Shown one piece after another: positions 24,188-34,102 of a stretch of 64,000 bases of DNA. The stretch is from Escherichia phage 04086. A program made the position numbers and the translations under genes. Positions within the stretch are counted from its first letter, which is position 1, and the number at the start of each line of letters is the position of its first letter. The stretch is taken from the sequence record OR842557. The stretch is one strand, 5' to 3'. The notes under the pieces were generated by a model. It was given only the letters and a program-made list of their open reading frames with translations. It searched no databases and was not told the origin of the DNA.

Positions 24188-24789
24188 TAGAGGGCTTTCT
24201 CCATTTCGCGAATAAGGGCAGAAATAAAGGACTCAATATCATTAGGGTCTATAATCTTTATTTCGCGCTTATATTCATTTTTACGAATAGCATCCTCGTA
24301 AATATCTACTGCGGCCAAAGGACCCTCATATTGAGGATAACGTTTTTCTGTATCGCCTTTATCATACCAAGTATACGGGTTTTCTGGAGTGTTAACAAGA
24401 TTCCAGAATTTCTCACCCTTTTCATTAACATGATAAAGAACTTGATTGCCACCTGCAGTAGAATATCTTTGGATTGCTGCTTGATATGCGACTTCTTGGC
24501 CTGTAATCCAGCCGTAATAAGGGTCATATACGTTATTACACATCAATAAAACCCAGTATAACTGAACGTTACCGTAAAGTTGATTGGCCAATTCTTCTGG
24601 ACGAGGGGCCCCGTTGATATAATAAGTCTTTAGTGTATAGTTTTTAGCCACTTTATCAAAATATTCTTTATAATTTCTAAATATATCAGTCATCGGCACG
24701 CTCAGTACATCGGCATTTGTTAATGAGCCCGAATCCGGCTTGACTGTTTTTGATTCGTAATCGATAGGATCGAAAAATGAGAAGAGCAT
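24187..24789 (-). CDS. 53: baseplate wedge protein gp53
   Basis: 200 aa; MLFSFFDPIDYESKTV...MTDIFRNYKEYF...PRPEELANQLYGN...YWVLLMCNN...DPYYGWIT matches T4 gp53. Confidence 0.9.
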   Translation of the reverse strand: MLFSFFDPIDYESKTVKPDSGSLTNADVLSVPMTDIFRNYKEYFDKVAKNYTLKTYYINGAPRPEELANQLYGNVQLYWVLLMCNNVYDPYYGWITGQEVAYQAAIQRYSTAGGNQVLYHVNEKGEKFWNLVNTPENPYTWYDKGDTEKRYPQYEGPLAAVDIYEDAIRKNEYKREIKIIDPNDIESFISALIREMEKAL

Positions 24790-24802
24790 AGGGCCTCCGA
24801 GT

Positions 24803-24810
24803 ATAAATAA
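24803..24810 (+). promoter_or_regulatory. T4-type late promoter (TATAAATA) for gene 4
   Basis: Exact plus-strand TATAAATA 26 nt upstream of the gp4 ATG. Confidence 0.6.
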
Positions 24811-24816
24811 TATTAA

Positions 24817-24824
24817 TATTTATA
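24817..24824 (-). promoter_or_regulatory. T4-type late promoter (TATAAATA) for gene 53
   Basis: Exact minus-strand TATAAATA about 28 nt upstream of the gp53 ATG, back-to-back with the gene 4 promoter. Confidence 0.6.
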
Positions 24825-24835
24825 AGGAGGCGACT

Positions 24836-25285
24836 ATGGCTTACTCAGGGAAATTTAAACCTACAAACTTACAAAAATATAAAGGTGACTGGAAGAAAAT
24901 CCAATATCGTTCCTCTTGGGAAGCATGGTTTATGCGTTGGCTTGACAACCATCCTAATGTAGTCCAGTGGAATTCAGAAGAGGTGGTCATTCCTTACTTT
25001 TGCAATGCCGAAGGAAAGAAAAGACGATATTTTATGGACTTCTGGGTTAAATTTGATACGGGCCAACAATTCTTTTTTGAAGTCAAACCTTTTAAAGAAA
25101 CCCATGCTCCTGCGGTGCCTGTTAAAATGACTACGGCTGCTAAAAAGAGATATATCAACGAACACTATACTTGGTCTGTTAATACTGATAAGTGGAAAGC
25201 AGCTAAAGCTACAGCAGATAAAATGGGTATCACCTTTAGATTGATTACCGAACATTCACTGAAAAAATTAGGATGGAAAGGATGA
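24836..25285 (+). CDS. 4: head completion protein gp4
   Basis: 149 aa; MAYSGKF...[19 protein letters not shown]...[21 protein letters not shown] matches T4 gp4 (150 aa). Confidence 0.9.
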   Translation: MAYSGKFKPTNLQKYKGDWKKIQYRSSWEAWFMRWLDNHPNVVQWNSEEVVIPYFCNAEGKKRRYFMDFWVKFDTGQQFFFEVKPFKETHAPAVPVKMTTAAKKRYINEHYTWSVNTDKWKAAKATADKMGITFRLITEHSLKKLGWKG

Positions 25286-26109
25286 GTATATTTTCCTACA
25301 TCAATGAGGCTACTGAAACCACAAAGGGTTCCAAGCCCACCCGTTCAGAACAACAATGGATAACTTTAGGCGTTGAATATGCCAATGCCAAGGCTAAAGG
25401 TGTCTCGGCTAAGAAATTCGCTGAAGATAAAGGCATCAAGTATTCTAGTTTTACATCTGCGATGTCTCGATACTCGAGTCGAATTAAAACTGCTGTACAG
25501 GTTGAAAAACTTCAGAAGAAACCTGGCAATAAATTAACCAAAGCCGAACGTCAATTAATTTTGGTGAATAGTTTTAGAAAGAGTATTCGTGATAAGATTG
25601 CTAACGAAGGCGCCGCTGTAAACAATAAATCAGCTAAATGGTTTACAGAAACATTAAAGAAAGGAATTCGTGGACACCAGGTATCTAAACCGTCTCCTGG
25701 CAAGCTTTATGCTTATATCTATGATGCCAAACATAAGGATACCCTACCATACTGGGACAAATATCCTTTAATCATTTATCTTGGGTTAGGTAAGCATAAT
25801 TTAATGTATGGGCTGAACTTACACTATATCCCGCCTAAAGCACGCCAACAATTTCTGGAAGAATTGCTGAAGCAATACGCGAGTACGCCTACCATTACTA
25901 ACTCGACTAAATTAAAAATCGATTGGAGCAAGGTAAAAGGATTCGCCGGCGCAGACGTTATGATTAAGGCTTATATCCCTGGAAATATCAAGGGCCCTTT
26001 AGTAGAGATAAAACCTGCTGATTGGGCTAATGTAATAGGATTACCACTTCAACAATTTGTATCTAAAGGCAAGCGTTACTCAGCTCAGAAAGTTTGGAAG
26101 AAGGCATAA
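25273..26109 (+). CDS. 2: DNA end protector protein gp2
   Basis: 278 aa (T4 gp2 274 aa) in the conserved position after gene 4; an alternative start at ATG 25282 overlaps the gp4 stop. Confidence 0.75.
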   Translation: MERMSIFSYINEATETTKGSKPTRSEQQWITLGVEYANAKAKGVSAKKFAEDKGIKYSSFTSAMSRYSSRIKTAVQVEKLQKKPGNKLTKAERQLILVNSFRKSIRDKIANEGAAVNNKSAKWFTETLKKGIRGHQVSKPSPGKLYAYIYDAKHKDTLPYWDKYPLIIYLGLGKHNLMYGLNLHYIPPKARQQFLEELLKQYASTPTITNSTKLKIDWSKVKGFAGADVMIKAYIPGNIKGPLVEIKPADWANVIGLPLQQFVSKGKRYSAQKVWKKA

Positions 26110-26759
26110 TGAATTACCAGAAAATATATTCTTCATTAATTACACGTGCTCAAGGACGAGCACTATCCTGTTATACAGAATCTCATCATATTTTACCTAG
26201 ATGTATGGGTGGAGGCGATGAATCTACAAACTTAGTTGATTTAACTCCTGAAGAACATTATTTAGCACATCAACTATTAGTTAAAATGCATCCGGGACAT
26301 CCTGGTCTAACTTTTGCAGCTATGACAATGACTCAAGGCCCTCGTCGTTCTAATAAGCTTTACGGTTGGCTTAAACGTAAGCACTCTGAGAATATCACAG
26401 CAACCCAAACAGGAAAGGTTTATTATAATAATGGCAAGAAGTGTATTAAGCTGTTTCCGGGTGAACCGATTCCTGAAGGATTTGTAAAGGGACGAGGATG
26501 GAGTCCTACAAAAGGAACCACTCATGATAGGAATAATGGCCATTTTGCCAATAAAGAACTCCAAGCGGAGCTTTCTAAACGGAGATGGGATAAAGCCAGA
26601 AAGGAAACTTGTGAACAATTTGGTGTGGATACTATAGAAGAGGCCAAGGATATGGTTCGGGCATTTAAAGCTACATGCCACGAAAGATACTGGATAAAAC
26701 CAACTATAGCCAAATGGCCTTTTATGACACCAGTAAGACTACGTGAATTTATAAAATAA
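26109..26759 (+). CDS. HNH homing endonuclease (Mob-like)
   Basis: [10 protein letters not shown]...ESHHILPRCMGGGDESTNLVDLTPEEHYLAHQ is the phage HNH motif; ATG overlaps the gp2 stop (TAATG); sits between genes 2 and 3, which are adjacent in T4. Confidence 0.8.
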   Translation: MNYQKIYSSLITRAQGRALSCYTESHHILPRCMGGGDESTNLVDLTPEEHYLAHQLLVKMHPGHPGLTFAAMTMTQGPRRSNKLYGWLKRKHSENITATQTGKVYYNNGKKCIKLFPGEPIPEGFVKGRGWSPTKGTTHDRNNGHFANKELQAELSKRRWDKARKETCEQFGVDTIEEAKDMVRAFKATCHERYWIKPTIAKWPFMTPVRLREFIK

Positions 26760-26841
26760 TCTATTATCCCAGCCAGTTATTGAATGGAACAGACCTAGGA
26801 CCATTATACACTGTCTGGGACTTAAGCAATATAGGAATCCT

Positions 26842-27432
26842 ATGAACGGTTTATTTAACCAAACTAACACCACCAACTTTATCTTAGAGGTTAGTGACGC
26901 AGGAATGACCCAGGCATTCAAATTGAACGTACAAGATGTAACACTACCTGGTATCCATATTCCGATCTCAGACGTCCCAGGATCGACCCAGGGCATACAT
27001 CGTGCTAAGCTGCCAGGTTCTACTGTAGAATTCGACCCATTGGTCGTGAACTTTCTTGTGGACAAAGAATTGAAATCATGGCTTGACGTTTATAAGTGGA
27101 TGTTGTCATTAAACAACTACGTAACCCATGATTCAGAAGCCTGGCATCCTAAAGGCTTACCTGAAGCAATTACGCTCCATATCCTTGATAATAACAAACA
27201 GAAAATAGTAATGAGTATTCATTATTACGGTGGTTGGCCATCCGACCTCTCGGAAATCCAGTATTCGTATAAAGAAGATTCTGACCCTGCGATAATCGCT
27301 ACAGCAACATTCAACTTCAAATCGTTTGCTGTAGAAATAGATGGTACAATAGTTACAGGTCGTCCACAAATTGATTCGTATGCCGAACAACGTGTGGCTC
27401 GTATGTCTATGCATCCATCTATGAGAAAATAA
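26842..27432 (+). CDS. 3: tail completion / sheath stabiliser protein gp3
   Basis: 196-aa ORF in the T4 gene 3 position; the assignment is by synteny only. Confidence 0.7.
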   Translation: MNGLFNQTNTTNFILEVSDAGMTQAFKLNVQDVTLPGIHIPISDVPGSTQGIHRAKLPGSTVEFDPLVVNFLVDKELKSWLDVYKWMLSLNNYVTHDSEAWHPKGLPEAITLHILDNNKQKIVMSIHYYGGWPSDLSEIQYSYKEDSDPAIIATATFNFKSFAVEIDGTIVTGRPQIDSYAEQRVARMSMHPSMRK

Positions 27433-28193
27433 TGAAACTAATATCAATTGTAGGAATCAAACGTAGCGGTAAGGATACCGTTGCTAACTATGTAATCGAA
27501 AATATGGATTCGGTAAAATTTCAGCTCGCAGGTCCTATTAAAAAGTATCTGGCTGAAGCCTATGAATACATCTCTGATGACCCTGTATTCGACCGTAGTT
27601 ATATGCCTAAACTGGATTTCAACTGTTTTGAAGGTATCGGTTACGACCGTGAAGAAATCCTTCCTTTGAAACCATATGATGTGATTGATATCTTTGAAAA
27701 TGCTATTGTCAAACTGAATAATATCCTTCCTATTCCGGGAATGGATGTTCGTACCGCATATCATTATGGTCTTACCCCAGTCCAGTATCTGTCTGAAGAA
27801 ACAAAAGACCAACTGTTTGAAGTAATAAATAAAAATAACAATTGGTCAGTACGTCGTCTCATGCAGACCCTTGGGACTGATATTATTGTTAACCAATTTG
27901 ATAAGATGTATTGGGTTAAGTTGTTCGCTTTAGATTATTTTGATAAAATATACTCTGATGCGAAATACTATGTCGTACCTGATGTTCGTCAAACACACGA
28001 AATTGATTCGCTCAGAGCGATGGGTGCTACGATTATTCATGTAGTTCGCGCTGAAACCGGTCAAGTACAAGACTCGCACATCACTGAAGCGGGTCTACCA
28101 ATTTTACCTGGTGACGTTGTTGTTGAAAATAACGGCACTCTTTCTGAACTATACACTACTATTGATAAATTATTAGGAAATAAAAATGTCTGA
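27432..28193 (+). CDS. 1: deoxynucleoside monophosphate kinase gp1
   Basis: MKLISIVGIKRSGKDT (P-loop)...WSVRRLMQTLGTDIIVNQFDKMYWVKLFALDY...VVPDVRQTHEIDSLRAMGATIIHVVR matches T4 gp1. Confidence 0.9.
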   Translation: MKLISIVGIKRSGKDTVANYVIENMDSVKFQLAGPIKKYLAEAYEYISDDPVFDRSYMPKLDFNCFEGIGYDREEILPLKPYDVIDIFENAIVKLNNILPIPGMDVRTAYHYGLTPVQYLSEETKDQLFEVINKNNNWSVRRLMQTLGTDIIVNQFDKMYWVKLFALDYFDKIYSDAKYYVVPDVRQTHEIDSLRAMGATIIHVVRAETGQVQDSHITEAGLPILPGDVVVENNGTLSELYTTIDKLLGNKNV

Positions 28194-28416
28194 ACAAACT
28201 ACCGAACAGAAACTGCAGTCCGAAATCGTTCTTCTGAAATCCCGTATTCTTGATACCCAGGATGCTGTTGCTCAGGCCCAGCAGGAATCTCGTATCCTTC
28301 AGGAAGCCCTTGGTAAAATCTGTCACGCAGTTGGTATTGAAGGCGAGCAGATTAAAATTGATGATATCATCGATGCTGTTCAGGCCCTGGTTCCAGAAGC
28401 TTCTGACGAAGAATAA
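28186..28416 (+). CDS. 57A: tail fibre assembly chaperone gp57A
   Basis: 76-aa coiled-coil protein in the T4 57A position and of similar size. Confidence 0.8.
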   Translation: MSEQTTEQKLQSEIVLLKSRILDTQDAVAQAQQESRILQEALGKICHAVGIEGEQIKIDDIIDAVQALVPEASDEE

Positions 28417-28498
28417 TGAAAACCGAAGATTTTGCTCAAGGTCTATACGTTGCTGCAAAATTCTCTGAATTAACTTTAGATGCGCTGGAAAACCTTCA

Positions 28499-28970
<472 letters not shown>

Positions 28971-28981
28971 TTTAAAAAGGT

Positions 28982-29010
28982 GTTTACAAGGTCTATAGGC
29001 ATGATACTAT
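28982..29010 (+). promoter_or_regulatory. sigma70-type early promoter cassette (GTTTAC-17-TACTAT) with flanking inverted repeat
   Basis: GTTTAC at 28982-28987 and TACTAT at 29005-29010; inverted repeat ggtctatag/ctatagacc around the -10. Confidence 0.6.
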
Positions 29011-29047
29011 AGACCTATCAAAACAAACTAACCGCACGGAAATCAAA

Positions 29048-29320
29048 ATGAAAACTTATCAAGAATTTATCGCTGAATCTATTCTTAATGAGGAAGTAAA
29101 AATTAACAAATCTGTTAAGACTATGATTGATGATATAAATCATCTCTATAACATCGATTTGACTAATCACGTAACTTTAGGCAATAAGCGAAACTTTTTT
29201 GTATTTGATACTTCAGAACTCGACCAGAATCAAATTAACAATATTGAACGTTTTGCTAATGAAAAAGGACTGCGTCACGAAACGGCTGGTTATAAAAAGT
29301 ATGCAATTTATCTAAAATAA
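29048..29320 (+). CDS. ipI: internal protein (IP) with capsid-targeting leader
   Basis: N-terminus MKTYQEFIAES is the T4 capsid-targeting sequence (gp21 prohead protease site after FIAE); in the T4 ipI position downstream of 57B. Confidence 0.7.
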   Translation: MKTYQEFIAESILNEEVKINKSVKTMIDDINHLYNIDLTNHVTLGNKRNFFVFDTSELDQNQINNIERFANEKGLRHETAGYKKYAIYLK

Positions 29321-29322
29321 TT

Positions 29323-29352
29323 GTTTACAACGGGCTCTAGTGGTGATACTAT
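29323..29352 (+). promoter_or_regulatory. early promoter cassette (GTTTAC-18-TACTAT) with flanking inverted repeat
   Basis: GTTTAC 29323-29328, TACTAT 29347-29352; inverted repeat gggctctag/ctatagccc. Confidence 0.55.
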
Positions 29353-29388
29353 AGCCCTATCAAAACAAATGAGTGATTGGAGAATAAA

Positions 29389-29574
29389 ATGAAACGTTGC
29401 GAATTAATTAGAAATGTTACTGCACTGGCCGCTGTTACTGCTTTTGGCTTTAGTATGTTTGCAGGATTCATGCTCGATATGCTTTCAACTTCCGAGAATA
29501 TAATCTCTTTAGTAGTGGCATTTTTAATTGGTTCAATCTCTTTTGTTATGGATAAAATCTCTAAAGGTGAATAA
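29389..29574 (+). CDS. small hydrophobic protein (predicted membrane protein)
   Basis: 61 aa from ATG 29389 with the cassette leader ...ggagaataaaATG; two hydrophobic segments. Confidence 0.5.
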   Translation: MKRCELIRNVTALAAVTAFGFSMFAGFMLDMLSTSENIISLVVAFLIGSISFVMDKISKGE

Positions 29575-29975
29575 TGAACGTTGAATATTATGTATATGCG
29601 GATTATGAAAATAATCCGTCTAAAGATGAAGATAACCGTTTAGGTGTTGATGCTTTTGAATCCCCTGCTGCAGCTTGGCAATGGGTTGAAAGTACTGATA
29701 TTCCTTACCGTTATATTGAAGTGGTAGACCATGCAGGAAACAAGTATCCTAAGGAAGCATATGTTCCTTCTGGAAAGGTAAATTTCCTTTTGTTCGCGGG
29801 TGATAACTACTATCCACGTGGTGGCTATACCGATTTAATCGCTAAAGCTGCCACTGAAGATGAACTACGTGAAATTGTTAAAGAAAACGAGAATAAGTTT
29901 CTTTACGGCTCCGATCGTTTTGACTGGTGGCAGATTGTTAATGCTAATACCCATACTATTGTAGACGAGGGTTAA
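29574..29975 (+). CDS. hypothetical protein
   Basis: 133-aa ORF; start overlaps the upstream stop; no recognisable motif. Confidence 0.5.
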   Translation: MNVEYYVYADYENNPSKDEDNRLGVDAFESPAAAWQWVESTDIPYRYIEVVDHAGNKYPKEAYVPSGKVNFLLFAGDNYYPRGGYTDLIAKAATEDELREIVKENENKFLYGSDRFDWWQIVNANTHTIVDEG

Positions 29976-30260
29976 ATGCTATACGTTAAGGTTACTAATC
30001 CAGAGAATGGATATAATTCAGACCAGGTTGCAGCAGAGTTACTGATTCGCAACTTTGGCAAAGATGCCGTGCTTGATGTTCAACAGGTTAATATTGGCCG
30101 TAGTTCAAGCGACGTTAAACTCAAAGTTAACGGCCAACGTTATAATTCTGTTAACTTTACTTTTTATACCGCAACTGAAAACGGATTGGTCGAATACGAC
30201 ATCTTTAAAAATCCTTTGAAGATTGCTTCTATTAAACTTGATTACATTAATATGCTTTAA
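29976..30260 (+). CDS. hypothetical protein
   Basis: 94-aa ORF immediately following the previous stop. Confidence 0.5.
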   Translation: MLYVKVTNPENGYNSDQVAAELLIRNFGKDAVLDVQQVNIGRSSSDVKLKVNGQRYNSVNFTFYTATENGLVEYDIFKNPLKIASIKLDYINML

Positions 30261-30389
30261 GAATTATGTGATATTATTACTCTATCATTAATACCCTCTA
30301 TTACCAAAGGTTCTTCCCTCAAAGAACCTTTCATAATAGACAAGGTCTATTAATTAAACTTACTTTACTTAATTTTATTTGAGGTGTCT

Positions 30390-30656
30390 ATGTTAGTATT
30401 AAAATTAGCTTTTTATGACCCTAAAACCAAGACAACAACTACCAAACGTTGTTCTATTTCATATGAATGTCAATTTGGCGAAGTTGAACGAGACGGCAAA
30501 GCCTTTATGTCAATAGCGGATTCCACATTCGCTAAACCAAAAATAATTCCACTAGTTAACGTTGCGGCTTATCTGGTTGCTCCTGAAGAAATGACTTATC
30601 ATACAATTCAGCACATGGCTAAAGATGATAATGCCCCTGCTGGATTTGTAATTTAA
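30390..30656 (+). CDS. hypothetical protein
   Basis: 88 aa from ATG 30390 (GAGG RBS); the ORF-track start at 30384 is a GTG. Confidence 0.5.
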   Translation: MLVLKLAFYDPKTKTTTTKRCSISYECQFGEVERDGKAFMSIADSTFAKPKIIPLVNVAAYLVAPEEMTYHTIQHMAKDDNAPAGFVI

Positions 30657-30661
30657 ATTAA

Positions 30662-30738
30662 GGCCCTGTAGCTCAATGGTTAGCAGCAGTCCCCTCATAA
30701 GGGAAAGGTTACCAGTTCAAATCTGGTCCGGGTCACCA
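30662..30738 (+). tRNA. tRNA with CAU anticodon (Met or Ile2)
   Basis: 77 nt; acceptor stem, T-arm accag-TTCAAAT-ctggt, anticodon loop cuCAUaa, encoded CCA; D-arm irregular and one acceptor mismatch. Confidence 0.6.
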
Positions 30739-30743
30739 ACTAT

Positions 30744-30818
30744 GTCCCGCTGGTGTAATGGATAGCATACGATCCTTCTAAGTTTGCGGTCCTGGTTCGA
30801 TCCCAGGGCGGGATACCA
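30744..30818 (+). tRNA. tRNA-Arg (anticodon UCU)
   Basis: 75 nt; 7-bp acceptor stem gtcccgc/gcgggat, anticodon stem-loop cgatc-cuUCUaa-gtttg, T-arm cctgg-TTCGATC-ccagg, encoded CCA; T4 also encodes a tRNA-Arg(UCU). Confidence 0.8.
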
Positions 30819-30829
30819 AATGAAGACTA

Positions 30830-31198
30830 TTATATAGTCAAGCCGTCGTATGAAGACTGATTACCAGCATTCACCGGCGCACCAAACAAGAAACCGGGTC
30901 GCTACCGGTAAGTCGTCGGACTGATGTTCCCTGAATAAGGACTGACATTAACAAATCTTTACGATCTGTTAACGTCCCCTTACATCACAGCAGAAACGGC
31001 GCACCGAATTATCGATTCGAGGAAATATCTTTGCCGTAAGCCGAGTAGCGTTTTTGACGGAACGTTCGGATATGGTCGAGATATGGCCTTTTAAAAATAT
31101 TGAGTAGCGTCAACTACTTAATAACCGGGTTCGAATCCCGGCGTTTCGTACAAACACTTGCCTAGCAGGTGGAACCCCAACAAGGTTGCCGCAAGGCA
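30830..31198 (+). ncRNA. candidate small stable RNA region (possibly T4 RNA C/D-like), including a tRNA-like T-arm
   Basis: About 370 bp without an ORF directly after the tRNAs; canonical T-arm ccggg-TTCGAAT-cccgg at 31125-31141 with possible acceptor pairing cggaacg/cgtttcg; followed by a strong terminator. T4 has stable RNAs near its tRNA cluster, as I recall it. Confidence 0.35.
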
Positions 31199-31199
31199 T

Positions 31200-31228
31200 A
31201 GCCCCTTCCGAAAGGTTGGGGCTTTTTG
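31200..31228 (+). terminator. intrinsic terminator
   Basis: gcccc-ttccgaaaggtt-ggggc followed by TTTTT. Confidence 0.7.
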
Positions 31229-31268
31229 GCATAATAAATAGATAAGTTAATTAACTTAGGAAATAATA

Positions 31269-31477
31269 ATGAAAACTTACAATGAATTTTTGACCGAACA
31301 ATCTAGTTCAGATGTAAAAGCCGCTGCGATTGCAGCAATTCAAGCAGGTAAATATTCTTACAAAGACGCCTCTGATGAAGAACGNNNAACAAGGTTGCCG
31401 CAAGGCATAGCCCCTTCCGAAAGGTTGGGGCTTTTTGGCATAATAAATAGATAAGTTAATTAACTTAGGAAATAATA
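31269..31477. repeat. N-flanked duplicated block (assembly artifact)
   Basis: NNN at 31385-31387; 31269-31384 equals 31478-31593 and 31388-31477 equals 31179-31268. Confidence 0.75.
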
Positions 31478-31942
31478 ATGAAAACTTACAATGAATTTTT
31501 GACCGAACAATCTAGTTCAGATGTAAAAGCCGCTGCGATTGCAGCAATTCAAGCAGGTAAATATTCTTACAAAGACGCCTCTGATGAAGAACGTTTCCGT
31601 TTTATTAAAGATTTTAAAGCCGAAGGTTTTACTAATGCCAATACTGTTAGCCGAGTTTTTAAAAGCCTAGCTGCATCAGGTGAATTGTTCCAGAAAGCTA
31701 CAGGTAAAGCACCTGCTACAAAAGCGGACCCTAAAGCCTCTCAAGAAAAAAATATCGCCAAAGGAATTATTTCTAAGTATGAAGCAATTCTTAAAGAGCT
31801 TTTAGTAATCAAAACAGAAGGCCAGAAACTAGCACGAGCACATAGCTTCAAAGATAATCCGCATGCTCACGACTTAGAGTATGTTGAAGATATTCAGAAA
31901 ATCATCAAAGACCGTATCTGGTCTGCTAAACAAATCAAATAA
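31478..31942 (+). CDS. internal protein-like (capsid-targeting leader variant)
   Basis: 154 aa; N-terminus MKTYNEFLTEQ resembles the capsid-targeting sequence MKTYQEFIAE; lysine- and alanine-rich body. Confidence 0.55.
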   Translation: MKTYNEFLTEQSSSDVKAAAIAAIQAGKYSYKDASDEERFRFIKDFKAEGFTNANTVSRVFKSLAASGELFQKATGKAPATKADPKASQEKNIAKGIISKYEAILKELLVIKTEGQKLARAHSFKDNPHAHDLEYVEDIQKIIKDRIWSAKQIK

Positions 31943-31946
31943 CGAA

Positions 31947-31968
31947 AGCCCCAGATGGGGCTTTTTTG
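31947..31968 (+). terminator. intrinsic terminator
   Basis: agcccc-agat-ggggct followed by TTTTTT, just after the stop at 31942. Confidence 0.7.
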
Positions 31969-31986
31969 GTTAAATTAGAGAAATAT

Positions 31987-32541
31987 ATGAAACTTTTAAA
32001 ATATTTGAGTTGGGTTCTGTTGGTTCCACTGGATTTTATCTCTATGGTTCTGGCTGTTATCCTTGCGCCTTTTGTAGTTCCTTTCCACAATAAAAAGACC
32101 GGTAAATTGCCTTATGGCTTTGATTGGATGATGACATACGATAATCCAATTGACGGTGACAAAGGTCACATTAAACGTTGGGCTAAAATCAGGAAAATGC
32201 CAGGTGGTGTTTATCTCCAGAGAGTAGCTTGGCTATGGCGAAATAAAGCTTATAACTTTGCTTACCATAAACTCGGTCGTGATTGTAGCTCAGAATTCCA
32301 TTATCGTGGTAATCCTGACGTTGAATCCGGTTCTCCTGATAAAGCTCATCACGGGTGGTTATGGATGTGGAATGACGACGCCTGGGGTGTATTTGCTTCA
32401 GTTCCATATCTTAAGGTTGGTGGGATTACCTTTTACCTTCGCGTGTACTGTGGTTGGAAGCTTAAGAGCCTTTTGTCTCGTAAAATCCCTAAGGCCATGT
32501 TAGCCTTCCATGTAAACCCGTTCCGGTTCTACAAGAACTGA
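31987..32541 (+). CDS. hypothetical membrane-anchored protein
   Basis: 184 aa from ATG 31987; N-terminal hydrophobic helix (WVLLVPLDFISMVLAVILAPFVV); Trp-rich. Confidence 0.5.
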   Translation: MKLLKYLSWVLLVPLDFISMVLAVILAPFVVPFHNKKTGKLPYGFDWMMTYDNPIDGDKGHIKRWAKIRKMPGGVYLQRVAWLWRNKAYNFAYHKLGRDCSSEFHYRGNPDVESGSPDKAHHGWLWMWNDDAWGVFASVPYLKVGGITFYLRVYCGWKLKSLLSRKIPKAMLAFHVNPFRFYKN

Positions 32542-32545
32542 TTCT

Positions 32546-32575
32546 AGGCCCTTCCGAAAGGTTGGGCCTTTTTTG
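32546..32575 (+). terminator. intrinsic terminator (same cassette as 31200-31228)
   Basis: aggccc-ttccgaaaggtt-gggcct followed by TTTTTT. Confidence 0.7.
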
Positions 32576-32598
32576 TTTCTAAAAAGTTTAAAAAAGAT

Positions 32599-32627
32599 GT
32601 TTACTCTTTCGTAGAACATGATACTAT
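32599..32627 (+). promoter_or_regulatory. early promoter cassette (GTTTAC-17-TACTAT)
   Basis: GTTTAC 32599-32604, TACTAT 32622-32627, followed by the agacctatcaaaacaa leader. Confidence 0.55.
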
Positions 32628-32662
32628 AGACCTATCAAAACAACAGTGTGAAGGAGAGTAAA

Positions 32663-32926
32663 ATGGATAATTATGGTGAAGTGTTTAATTTCTTTATGAA
32701 ATGTGTTCCGGAAGAATTTGGTGCTACAGTTAACGATATTAAAGTTATCGGTCCTGAACACCCAGTGTATGAAACCTATGCAGTAATGGGTAATGAAGAT
32801 GGACAGTGGTATACAATTAAAGTTGTGATTAATATGTTCTCAGCTGAAGGCTACGCCAAATCGTCTACCAAAGTTTACCATGATAACGATTTTGATGCGG
32901 AAGATTATTTCAATAATATGAAATAA
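32663..32926 (+). CDS. hypothetical protein
   Basis: 87 aa from ATG 32663 with AGGAG RBS; the ORF-track start at 32648 is a GTG. Confidence 0.5.
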   Translation: MDNYGEVFNFFMKCVPEEFGATVNDIKVIGPEHPVYETYAVMGNEDGQWYTIKVVINMFSAEGYAKSSTKVYHDNDFDAEDYFNNMK

Positions 32927-32929
32927 AAT

Positions 32930-32959
32930 GTTTACATGGGCTCATGATTAAGATATTAT
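32930..32959 (+). promoter_or_regulatory. early promoter cassette (GTTTAC-18-TATTAT) with flanking inverted repeat
   Basis: GTTTAC 32930-32935, TATTAT 32954-32959; inverted repeat gggctcat/atgagccc. Confidence 0.5.
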
Positions 32960-32984
32960 GAGCCCATAATTTGAGGAGAACATA

Positions 32985-33383
32985 ATGAATATCGAAGATA
33001 AAGAAATGCAAGAGTTGTATAATTCATTAACACCTGAACAACAAAAATATGCCAAAGAATTAGAGAAAGCCCTTGCTTTCAACTTGGCAAAAACTGATTG
33101 GGCCGCGATGTATGAAGAAAAAACTAGATTAGAACTTGAAGCTGCTGAGAGAAATGAATGGATTGTCGAAACCAAGATTTCTGATGGTGGTTGCTCTGTT
33201 GAGGTGTCTGCTGTAATTAAAGGTACCCATGGCGAAAAATCATGGGGCTGGCATAATGAAGCAAACAAACATATTGTTCTCTCAACGTCAAAAACTTATG
33301 GCCAAAGGGTTCCTGTATCTAAAGCTATTATTAAGCAAGCTCAATGGGAAGCCAATGAAATTTGCCTCGCGAAAATGAAATAA
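32985..33383 (+). CDS. hypothetical protein
   Basis: 132-aa ORF with GAGGAG RBS. Confidence 0.5.
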   Translation: MNIEDKEMQELYNSLTPEQQKYAKELEKALAFNLAKTDWAAMYEEKTRLELEAAERNEWIVETKISDGGCSVEVSAVIKGTHGEKSWGWHNEANKHIVLSTSKTYGQRVPVSKAIIKQAQWEANEICLAKMK

Positions 33384-33387
33384 AAAT

Positions 33388-33417
33388 GTTTACAACCCTC
33401 AGAGGACAGGGTATAAT
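33388..33417 (+). promoter_or_regulatory. early promoter cassette (GTTTAC-18-TATAAT) with flanking inverted repeat
   Basis: GTTTAC 33388-33393, TATAAT 33412-33417; inverted repeat gaggac/gtcctc. Confidence 0.6.
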
Positions 33418-33460
33418 GTCCTCATGGATTACAAAACGTTAACCAACTGAAGGAAATACT

Positions 33461-34054
33461 ATGAACACTTTAAAGAAACTCGTTGAATTCATTCGTTCTA
33501 AACTGGGTACCGCAATGGCTCAGAACCTGTCAATTGAAGACCAGTATACTAAAGCTGCTTCTACCTTGATTGATAAAATCACTGAGCTCCAGACTGCCCA
33601 TGTTAAGTCTGTGAATGAAGAAAAACGTATTCGTGAACTCGCTAACGAAAAGGACCAACTGGCTAGTTCCAAAGAACGCGAAATTCGTAAACTGATTAAA
33701 GAAGGTGCCGATGTCCAGGTACATGCTAAACTCGGCCTCCTTTATCGTCGTACGGCTACTCAACTTCGTAAGAAAGCCGATGATTATGTTGAAATGCGTA
33801 ATGAAATTAAGCTTAAGGTCAAGGAACTTGATGACTCTCGCCAGGAACTAGCGGTTAAGCTTGAGTACATTCGTGAAACTCGTAATATGGCCGCCCTGGG
33901 TATTGCTACTGCCGATGATGTTGTTGAAATCGCTGCATTGACTAAGATTGATATTGAAGACACCCTGATGCGTGTAGAAACGTTTAAAGGCCCACAAGTT
34001 GGAATGGATACGACTTCTGCTGATATCGAAGACTACATTAATTCACTTAAGTAA
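33461..34054 (+). CDS. coiled-coil protein of unknown function
   Basis: 197 aa, strongly helical with heptad-like composition; no catalytic motif seen. Confidence 0.5.
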   Translation: MNTLKKLVEFIRSKLGTAMAQNLSIEDQYTKAASTLIDKITELQTAHVKSVNEEKRIRELANEKDQLASSKEREIRKLIKEGADVQVHAKLGLLYRRTATQLRKKADDYVEMRNEIKLKVKELDDSRQELAVKLEYIRETRNMAALGIATADDVVEIAALTKIDIEDTLMRVETFKGPQVGMDTTSADIEDYINSLK

Positions 34055-34061
34055 TGTTACT

Positions 34062-34084
34062 GGGAGACTTCGGTCTCCCTATTT
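34062..34084 (+). terminator. terminator-like hairpin
   Basis: gggagac-ttcg-gtctccc followed by a weak T-run (tattt). Confidence 0.4.
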
Positions 34085-34102
34085 GGAGGAGAGGAGAATA
34101 TT

